Assembly: GCA_009914755.4 (NCBI GenBank)
Contig: CP068257.2
Coordinates: 19,168,001-19,232,000, forward strand
Direction of reading: 5' to 3'
Source of the DNA: the human T2T-CHM13v2.0 reference genome, Homo sapiens
Length of the DNA stretch: 64,000 nucleotides
Position numbers and translations under genes: made by a program. Below the pieces are notes generated by a model, which was not told the DNA's origin, did no database searches, and was given only the letters and a program-made list of their open reading frames with translations. This document shows positions 54,653-64,000 of the stretch, in pieces. Positions within the stretch are counted from its first letter, which is position 1. Every line of letters begins with the position of its first letter.

Positions 54653-55389
54653 ATATAGACAGTGGGTTTCAGAATAAGTAGGAGTCTGCAACTGACAATG
54701 AAAAGTAACAATTTTTTTCACAATCATTCAAAGCAAATCCAAACTATTTACGATGCTTTTTGCTACGACAGAAAGCCCTTCTCAAACTAACTTAAATCAT
54801 AAGGAACTTTTTAATGCAGATGTGTGTGCTGGAATATTTTTGAGATTAAAAACTGATTTATTTTCATGCCTCTAGCTCTATTTCCCTGATTCTCCCCAAG
54901 TGCCCACTTCATCTTCAGGTGGTAACAAAACGATAACACCTCTTAACATTTTCACAGAGGGCTAGAGGGAGAAAATGTCCAGAGGAGAATAAGAAGAAAA
55001 AAACCTTCCTAAAGTCTCCAGTAAATACCTTTACAATCCACTGTCACGTATTGGACCACAGGCTCATTTTTTACCCAAACATGACAAATAGTGACCTTAC
55101 ATCCCAGTTTGCCCAAAAGTGTTGTTACCTATTACTCTGTTGTAATTAAATAGTACCTTCTTTCACTTTCAAAACTGACCCAGTTTAAATAATAAATTAT
55201 GTCACTATTCCAACTAACATCAATCTGGTCAAACCCTGAAATGTGAGATGTGATCAGCCATTTTGGGGGCACATGTGCAAGATGAAGAAGGGATAGAGCT
55301 GAATGAAATCAAGGTTCTTTATGAAGAAAAAGAAGATGTCTCTAACAATCAGAAATGTCATACATGGAATCTTTTCCTGAATTTCCTCC

Positions 55390-55762
55390 CAAATTCAAAT
55401 GTTGAAGCCTGACCTCCAATGTGACTGTATTTTGAAATAGGGCCTATAAGGATGTAATAAGAGTTAAGTGAGGTCATGAAGGTAAGATCTTAATCCCATC
55501 GGAGTGGTGTCTTTATAAGCAAAGAAAGAGAGTCTAAGTGTTTTTCTCTCTCCTTGTTTGCAGAGAAGAGACTACGCAAGGACATAGTGAGAGGGCAGCC
55601 ATCTGCGAGCCACAAACAGAGGCCTCACCAGAAACCAACCCTGCAGGCACCTTGATCTTGGACTTCCAGCTTGCAGACTGTGAGAATATACATTTCTGTT
55701 GGGTAAGCCATCCAGTCTGTAGTACTTTATTATGACAGCCCTTATCAGACTACTACATAGAG
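55390..55762 (+). mobile_element. MaLR LTR (MLT1-type), 3' two-thirds
   Basis: ...gggcctataaggatgtaataagagttaagtgaggtcatgaaggtaagatcttaatcc...ggcagccatctgcgagccacaaacagaggcctcaccagaaaccaaccctgcaggcaccttgatcttggacttccagcttgcagactgtgagaatatacatttctgttgggtaagccatccagtctgtagtactttattatgacagccc, against consensus ...gccatctacaagccaaggagagaggcctcagaagaaaccaaccctgctgacaccttgatcttggacttccagcctccagaactgtgagaaaataaatttctgttgtttaagccacccagtctgtggtattttgttatggcagccctag. Confidence 0.7.
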
Positions 55763-58491
55763 TATTCGGGCATTTGTAGGCACTTACCTGCCATGCTGGC
55801 TAGTTTCAATTGCGAGTGCTTGGGAGAAACATGAGCTTTACTTTTCTTTTCTTTTTTTTTTTTTTCACTCCATCTGCCTCTGTGTTTAGAATTCTCTGTT
55901 TTTCTAATTATGGAGCTAACCTCTCAACTCCTTGAATGAAGAGGCTGAATGCCACACAGTCCCCGGGCTTTTAAAATGCCATATGCTATGTGTATATTCT
56001 TGGATAATTGTGAACCACTTTAGACTTCCCCTATGCCCCACTTATGGGTTGACTGATGTGTGGTAACTTGAATGGGCTCAATATAAAATCTCTCTGGCTT
56101 GTACAAGGAAAAAACAGAGAAAACAGAGAACCTTTTAATAAAAGATGAAAGAATGTTGAAGAGGGCTTAAAAGGGAAGGATTCAATCAGAATTATAGTAA
56201 ACTTCATGGTCCAAATTTGAGAGAAAGGTGATTTTTAAGCCTAACCCCAGCTTGGATTTTCCTCGTGTTTGTTCTAATGTACCTACTTCTACTCACTTTT
56301 TTCTCTCCTAATTGAAAAGGCTTTTTGATGGAAAAGATCATTTTTCATATGCTGTCTTTGTCCTTAAATAAACAGAGAACCTCAGGTTAAATCCCCTTAG
56401 AGCTATGTTAGATTTGCTTTCCATCAAGTTTGTTATTAAGGCATATTTACCAAGATAGAGAGTACCTGATCTAGGCACTCATTTTAAATTTAATGTACAA
56501 GTTCTGGAAAATGCAGGGCCAGAACGGGTGGAAGATATCCTGGGTGTACATATTTCGGCTGGGCTGATATTGTCACCACCAAATTGTTCGGGCTGCAGAA
56601 ACATTTGTTTACATATCACTATAGAGGATGCAAAATTGCATTTTTTAAACATGTTCAGGAGAATCTGGGAGAGCAACATGTAAGTTAACGAGTAATTTTT
56701 GCATTAAAACATAAATATTAACACTAAGTATGCACAGTTCAAGTCAGCTTTTTCTTCCGAAAGAGCTAAGGTCGGGCACAATTTGCAGCTCTTTGAATTG
56801 CAAAAGAAGCTTTCGTTTTTCTGAGAGTTTTGGATTTCAGAATTGGATAAGGGGTTATAGATCTGCAATATCTTCACCACCGAGATTTATGAGGAAGAAA
56901 CTGAGACAGAGAGTAAAGTAACATACTTACAGCTGGTACCCAAGGAAGGCATGATTCAAATCCCTGCAGTGCAGATTCATTATGCCATCTCAGTGAATTG
57001 AATAATGAAGCAAGAGAAAGTCTCTCTTTGATGGGGTGAGGAATATGTCTTGGAGGAGGTGGCATTTGAGCTTTACTCTGTTCGATTTTTACAAGTGTTT
57101 TAGTTACTCTATGCTTTTTCTCACCAAGTAAATTTAACAGGTTTAGTAAAGGCATGAAGGAAAGAAATTCAAAGGTGACCTGTGAATGAGTTTAACTGGG
57201 ATAGTTGGAAATAGGACCTAAAAAGAAAAGGGAGCCAAATCTTGGATTAGTGCTTGGAAATTCAAATACTATTCTGAAGTAACAGGAACATAATTGAATG
57301 ATGAAATGGTATAGTCAGAGTTGCAGGAGGTTAATGAGATAACAATACATGAGGAGAGAGAATGGTAGTGATTAATTGAAATGCCCTCACAATATGTAAC
57401 TTCCATAACTAAAGCAAAATAATTACTGCCCTTCACCATGCTCTGTAGGTCATTGCAAAATTCACATGAACTTTTGTTCCTACGTTTCTTTTAACAAAAC
57501 AAATTTGAACTAGGTCCATGAATATTAACATATGACATGGTCCTGTTCTCACCACAGTTGAGTCCAACCTGTGGCTCAGGTAGTATTAGAGACACAATAT
57601 GTACTTCTGGAAATTTGTAAGTTCAAAACTAACTTGAGAGATATTTTTAATAGAATACTAGTCAACATTTGGTATTTAGTTAATACTTTGATGAGTTTAA
57701 AGATTCACTATAAAAGACTTTAGAAATGGCAATATTAAGAAGAAATATTTTGAGATACATGGTTATCTCACACTGTTCCAAGTTGTAATTCTATAATATA
57801 AACACAACCTACTACATTGAGCCAAGGGTCCTATCTAAAGATATCACTTATCGAGTGAGTATAATGCATTGAGGTAACTGAAAATGGAATGTTCCTATAA
57901 GAGAAGAAGGGAGGAGAAAGTAATATAATTAAATAGAAAATATCCTTTCTCAATGTGTTGAAATAAATCAACATTGACTACAGAAAGGGAATCAACAAAA
58001 TAAGATGTCAAAATCTATAATAAAATATCAAAAATATAGAAGTAAATAGAAACATGTTAGCTGTAGGTTAAAAGTTACTGTTGCTTCTGTTATCAGTATA
58101 TAAGAGAATTAACTACAATAGCACTCAAATGACACGAGGATTATTAAAATTCTGTCAAATTCCCTATTACGAAGCTCATAGTTTCATACTCAGCCATATA
58201 ACTTGCCTCACAGCTGAAATTTAGGGCACAGCTGAAGAATAAGAAATTTCACTTTCTAAATGGATACCTTGGATAAAAATGTACACTCTCTATGTATGTA
58301 GGTGTGTGTATCTATGTATATGTATGTGTATTTCTATACACACATATACATATAAATTTGAAATAAAAATAATTATTTTAATATAAAGTTTTCAAAAGTT
58401 AATTTGTTGTCAACACTTTAGAAAGTTTAGTCTGTTACTCACTAGTCAACACTTTGTTTATGAGCTACTGATTCTCATTTTTTGTGTTTTT

Positions 58492-59530
58492 TTTAACTTT
58501 TAATTTAAGTTCGGGGGTACATATGTAGGTTTGTTATATAGGTAAACTCATATCACAGAGGTTAGTTGTAGAGATTATTTCATCACCCAAGTACTAAGCC
58601 TAGTACCCAATATTTATTTTTTCTGCTCCTTGCCCTCCTCCCATCCTGCACCCTCAAGTAGTCCCTATTGTCTATTGTGTCCATGAGTTTTCATCATTTA
58701 GCTCCCACTTATAAGTGAGAACATGTGGTGTTTGCTTTTCCATTCCTGCATTAGTTTACTAAGAATAATAGCCTCCAGCTCTATTCATGTTCCTTCAAAA
58801 GACATGATCTCATTCTTTTTTATGGCTGCATAGTATTCCATGGTGTATATATATTTTTTCTTTATCCAATCTGTTTTCTTTATCCAATCTGTCATTGATT
58901 GGCATATAGGTTGATTCCATGTCTTTGCTATTGTGCATAGTGTTGCAGTTAACATTCATGCACATGTGTCTTTGTGGTAGAATAATTTATATTCCTCAGG
59001 GCATATACTCAGTAATGGGATTGCTGGATTGAATGGTAGTTTTGTTTTCAGCGATTTGAGGAATCACCATACTGTTTTCCACAATGGTTGAACTACTTTA
59101 TCCTCTCACCAGCAATGTTTAAGTCTTCCCTTTTCTCTGAAACCTTGCCAGCATCTGTTATTTTTCACTCTTTAATAGTAGCTGTTCTACTGGTGCAAGA
59201 TGGTATCTTTATGTGGCTTTGATTTGCATTTCTCTAATAATAAGTGATGTTGAGCTTTTCTTCATATTCTTGTTGGCTGCATGCATGTCTTCTTTAGAAA
59301 AGTGACTGTTCATTTTCTTTGTGCACTTTTTAATGGGGTTGTTTTTCTTGTAAATTTGTTTAAGTTTCTTATAGATGCTAGATATTAGACCTTTGTCAGA
59401 TGCATAGTTTGCCAATATATTTTCTCCCATTTTGTAGGTTGTCTATTTACTCTGCTGATAGTTTCTTTTGCTGTGCAGAAGCTCTTGAGTTTAATTAGAT
59501 CCCATTTGTCAATTTTTGCTTTTGTTCATT
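58492..59530 (-). mobile_element. L1 3' end (L1PA-like; ORF2 C-terminal remnant plus 3' UTR), 5'-truncated
   Basis: ttttttttaacttttaatttaagttcgggggtacatatgtaggtttgttatataggtaaactcat...cccacttataagtgagaacatgtggtgtttg.ttttccattcctgcattagtttactaagaataatagcctccagctc..catg..cttcaaaagacatgatctcattcttttttatggctgcatagtattccatggtgtatata. The track ORF 59209-59430 (-), [67 protein letters not shown], matches L1 ORF2p [69 protein letters not shown]. Confidence 0.9.
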
Positions 59531-61705
59531 TTTTTGTTTTTCACCAGAACACTCTCTTTTCAGTGGTGTCACTTTCCTTAAACATTATATTTACAGAAAT
59601 TTATCGTACATGGTTTATAGTCATGCTTTTACCAAGTTTTCTATTTACTTATTACTGTTTCACTTTTCCCATCAACTCTAAAGGGCATTTTTGAGTTTAA
59701 ATATTTAATTGCGGGTATTTTCTAATGTTTTAAAGTGAAGATCATCCACAAAGACTGACTACAACAGACCTTGGACTAATCCACCATCAGTCATGCTTAT
59801 GTGTAAGTCATTGAAAAAAATTCTTAGTCCCAATTTTATCTTCATTTGTGTACTTTTCATTATTGTCCTTTGTTTTACTGATTTTTTTTAAAAAAAAGTA
59901 AAACAAGTAATGCATAGAAAATTAAAAATATAAACTTTAGTGGTAAAATTGATATGGGTAAAACAAGAAAAAGGAAGAACATGCTGAGCAGGTTTTCCTG
60001 GACACTTTTACGTTTATTGTATGTCCCAGCCTCTACAACAGGGATGTTGGAAGAAGCAAGAGACTTTTCTATGCAACATTCTTACAGAAATCATGTTTTG
60101 CAAAGTTAAGCTACTTGATTATGTTGAAATTCAAGTACTGGCTAAATATAATTCCCAGATGAGCATACTTATGCATATCATCCATTATTAACTTCTGTAC
60201 AATATTAAATATAAACTACTTCCAGGCAGCCTGGCATGAATTAAAAATATGAATGCCACCATATTATTGATTATTGTTCTACATGGTTACACTTTAATAT
60301 GCATAGTAATGCAAAATAAATATGCTAAGAGTTCTTCAATAATAAACATGCCATTCCTCTGAAAATGCTAGGATATATATGCAGTACAAAATTCATACAC
60401 TATGTAAACTCTTAAATGAAAGAGTTCGTAAAACGGTCTACTATTTCAAATATAGTTCTCTATCACAACATATTCAAATTATTAGGTGTTTTCTCTGTGG
60501 AGTATTTTCAATATTTTACAGATGTTGGAATAATCGTGAGATTTCTGTAATACAGAATGCGTTCCATTGTTATTATTAATAATAGTCTCTACTATAAATC
60601 ACATCAATCACTGTGTGAGCATTTTGCACATGTAATCTCAAATTCTCATAGAGAAATACTGTTGGCTACACAGACTCAGTAATTTCAATCATGATACTAT
60701 TGTTTTAAACCCATCAATATGCTAATCCATTCTGCCAGGTGCAAGAGAAACCAAAGAGTAATAAAGTAATTTCAGAGCCTTCTGACCTCAAAAAGACTAT
60801 CATTCAACTAAGGAGATAGATTACAAACAAACAAGATGCCAACTAATTCAAGGCTTCTCTATCATGAGTGAAATATTTTCATAGTCTGCTACCTAATAGT
60901 TTCACTCTTAATTGCCAAAAAAAAAATTACTTGATCCGTATGGGTGTGTGTGAATTCATACACAAACTTAAAAAATAATTACATTTATTATCTTATTAGA
61001 ATCAATAGATGGAACTACATTAATCTAAAAGAAAAATGAGAATTTCATCAGAATCAATATCAAAGTTAAATTAATCTTTCTTTAATAAAACAAGGCACAA
61101 GCATTCAGAGTTTATAATTGGAGTTGCTAGGCTAAAGAATTACTATAGGGAAGGAATAATTTCTAAATACAACCATCTTTATTTCCAGTCAGAAAGCAAT
61201 GACTATTTCCAAGCTACATTGGGCTGAATTTCCTGCTAACAAATGTGATAATATAGAACTCTATGAAAATTAATGTTCCAATGAGAGCTCCTAAAATGAT
61301 GTCCTCAAAAAATAATATTGGTGCATTAAAATAAAGAATTACACATTAAGTTCAAAGTTAAAACTCTCATAGCATTAGTGCAAAAATAGGCTGGGATGTA
61401 TTTACTTAATTTTTTCCTTTTAAACACTTTTTAAAGTGTTAGAGATGTTTATAGAAATTAATCTACACAAAGATGAAGAATGTAGTGAGGCTCATTTAGT
61501 AGAAACTTTCAGAGGTATTTCAAGCAAATACAATGAAGAATTTCAGAAATAGTATTAAATTACTATTATTGATACAAGACAACCCTTTTCACTGTCATTC
61601 ATTCTATAGTAAGTTTCTTGATGAGAGTTTCATGCCACTATGGTACTCAGTTTGATTATACCTGAGCCATCATGTGTCAAATTACTTTTGTGTCTCAGAA
61701 ACCAA

Positions 61706-61790
61706 CCTCCCTTCCTCCCTCCTTCCTTCCTTCTTTCTTTCCTTCCTTCCTTTCTCCCTCTCTGTCCCCCTTTCTTTTTTTCATTCTTTC
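61706..61790. repeat. Long polypyrimidine (CCTT/CTTT-type) mirror-repeat tract on the plus strand (polypurine on the minus strand)
   Basis: cctcccttcctccctccttccttccttctttctttccttccttcctttctccctctctgtccccctttcttttttt has one G and no other purine in about 85 nt. The minus-strand track ORF 61630-61923 translates it into a K/R/E/G-rich low-complexity peptide. Confidence 0.95.
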
Positions 61791-62539
61791 TGCTTTTATT
61801 TAGACTTTGAGGCCCTATTAGGTGTCGTAAAGAACATTCTGTGCAGTTTGGAAATGAGCCAACTGTGAAAAACACATATCTTGCCACTACCCTTACTATA
61901 CCACTACCAACATGTATGCACATACTTCTGTCCAGGTTGATCCTGCTTTAGGATCATATTTGAATAAAAGAAAATGAATATAAATTAGTGAACAACTTGT
62001 GTTAAGTATATCAGTTGTGTTTATTATGCAAGTATGTACAAGTAGGGTAGGTGGAGAACATGTTGAGGTGGAGCCTAATAATCAGCAGCATCATGAGCTG
62101 CATAGTTATGGTTCCACCTCTACTCAAGGGTCCGTATTTAGGCTCCATGCACTGGCATGACTGTGTTCTGAATGACCCATGCCCATTCTGAATGAGTAAT
62201 GTTCATTTTGATTGGATGATGCCTTGCTTTACAAGTTGTTAAATATTTTGAAATATCACCCCCTCCTCTGCTAGGTGATATTGGGCAAACCAATTATCTC
62301 TCAACCTCAGTTTTTCAACTGTGAAATGACATTTGAACTGTAGAGTCTCCAAAGTCTCTTTCAGTCATTACGATCTATCATTTAGGGCTTAAGTACACAC
62401 AGCAAATAGGAGTAATGGTGCAGAATGAGGATGTCAGAGAGTAAAGTTTTCAGAATATTCTAATAAAACTAGTAGTTTAGGAAGGTACAATATCAACTCT
62501 TTTTTTTATGGGAGAGTTTTTATTTATTTTTTATTTACA

Positions 62540-62686
62540 ACTTTTATTTCAAGTTCAGGGGTACATGTGCAGATGTGCAGGTTTGTTACATAAACGTGTG
62601 CCATGGTGATTAGTTCCACAGATTTTCCCATCATCTAGGTATTAAGCCCAGCATCCATTAGCTATTTTTCCTCATACAACATCAAC
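62540..62686 (-). mobile_element. L1 3' UTR terminal fragment (L1PA-like)
   Basis: cttttatttcaagttcaggggtacatgtgcagatgtgcaggtttgttacataaacgtgtgccatggtgattagttccacagattttcccatcatctaggtattaagcccagcatccattagctatttttcc matches the antisense L1PA 3' end. Confidence 0.88.
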
Positions 62687-63226
62687 ACTTAAACTAGCAA
62701 TTGAGAGGAGATGTTGCAGGGTCTTCTGGAGATTATCTTCTCAATTAGTTGACTTGGGTCTACATGGAGCTGGGATTTCTCTGGTTTTGTAAAACTAAGC
62801 CTAAAGAATATGAAAACTGATGCTAAATATGCTCTAATTCTACAAACTTGCCAAGCAAATTCTGCTTTCTTGAAACAGAGCTGCATAGCTGGAAATTTCC
62901 AAAATAATGTCTACATTTTCAATTTAATTGTTTTCCTTAAATAAAAGGGTGGAAATTGACTTCAACTGGTTTAATTGATATGGTACATGTAAAAACACTT
63001 TAGTAATAATATAAGTACACTAAGCAAACATTAGTAAGGTATTGTTAGCTGCCATAGTATGCTATCATTCTTGGCTCATAAATATATGGTGTATCACATC
63101 TACTATATTACAGGCATTGAGTTACCTCTTGAGGACACAAATAAACTACTTGCACTCATATCTTTTTCTCAGAATCTGCTTCTGGGAAATCCCAACATAA
63201 ATTAATATGTGTGCATGCATGCACGT

Positions 63227-63250
63227 GCACACACACACACACACACACGT
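63227..63250. repeat. (CA)n dinucleotide microsatellite (about 10 units)
   Basis: gcacacacacacacacacacacgtg. Confidence 0.9.
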
Positions 63251-64000
63251 GTACATGCTAATACATTGAGGGACAGTGTATGACAGTAAGACATTATGGG
63301 CAGCTGGAACACCATGTACAAAAGCATATAAGTGACAAATAGAGAGATGAGTTATTGGAAGATGTAATGTTTTACAGAAAAACTAGAGAATACAACATAT
63401 ACAGGGAATGCTAAGAGAACATTCTGTGTTGGATGATATGAGCAAGAACTTAAATGGATTTGTATAGCTCATTAAAAGTATTTTATAATTTCTCATGAAG
63501 GGCATTGGAAACCCACTGAGAAAGCATTTTCCAATCAAAGGGACTAGCTTAGGTACAAATCCTATTGCTTAAAGAAGTTTTATATATTATTTTAAAATAA
63601 CAGAGAGATCTAAATAGGTTAATGGGAAGATGTTAGATGAGCAATGTATGGATACCACAGTTATTATAATTGTTTAATATTCATTTTTTTGGGTTTATTA
63701 ACACATATCCGTTACCAGTGGGGGAAAAAACCTAAACTTTTGCTCTTTCTTCTCTTCTTAAAATCCTGCTACACCACTGCCATGGAATCCCCGTCTAAGT
63801 CAATAGCAGCTCCATGCATCCAGCTGCTGGGGATAAGAAACCTGAAGTTATCATTTATGTCTCTCTTTTACACTCCATCTATAACCTCCCAGAAAATTTT
63901 ATTCTTTCTACTTTCAAAATGTAGCAGAATTTAATTGTTTCTTGCTGCTTGCACTGACTCAGCCTGTTTCAATCTCCAGTATTCCTCTGTCTGTGTACAA

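Noticed and set aside
61630-61923. 97-aa minus-strand ORF with a KKKGGQRGRKEGRKERRKEGGRKGG stretch
   Set aside because: It translates the polypurine complement of the 85-nt polypyrimidine tract and is low-complexity, not a nuclear-localisation-signal protein.

Overview
The window is human or other catarrhine primate genomic DNA. Alu (including AluY-like copies with target-site duplications), L1 3' ends, THE1/MST/MLT1-type MaLR LTRs, MIR fragments, MER20 and free Alu monomers are all present. It is AT-rich and CpG-depleted, with no CpG island. At least 40-50% of it is recognisable interspersed repeat. I cannot support any intact protein-coding gene, rRNA or tRNA gene, or CRISPR array. The only gene-derived sequence is a processed pseudogene of cyclophilin A (parent gene PPIA) on the minus strand at about 22.3-23.1 kb, with intact 13-bp target-site duplications, amino-acid substitutions and frameshifts. 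Nearly every ORF in the supplied six-frame track is explained by translating repeats (Alu antisense, L1 ORF2 remnants, THE1 LTRs, a CA-rich minisatellite, a polypurine tract) or by chance in AT-rich DNA. The points worth a second look are listed here. (1) A near-identical 96-bp x3 tandem array at 28.1-28.4 kb, a candidate VNTR. (2) Three same-orientation THE1/MST LTRs within 2.4 kb, with the PPIA retrocopy landing immediately beside them. (3) An ERV solo LTR nested in an L1 3' UTR. (4) A palindromic hAT-type MITE. (5) An about 85-bp polypyrimidine mirror tract and a pure (AT)16 tract, both able to form non-B DNA. (6) A CpG-retaining 73-bp segment with consensus splice signals, a weak candidate for an unannotated non-coding exon. 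I see no evidence of a novel multi-gene biological system; the region looks like gene-poor intergenic or deep-intronic DNA. Repeat family names are from memory of consensus sequences, not from a search, and subfamily assignments in particular are uncertain.
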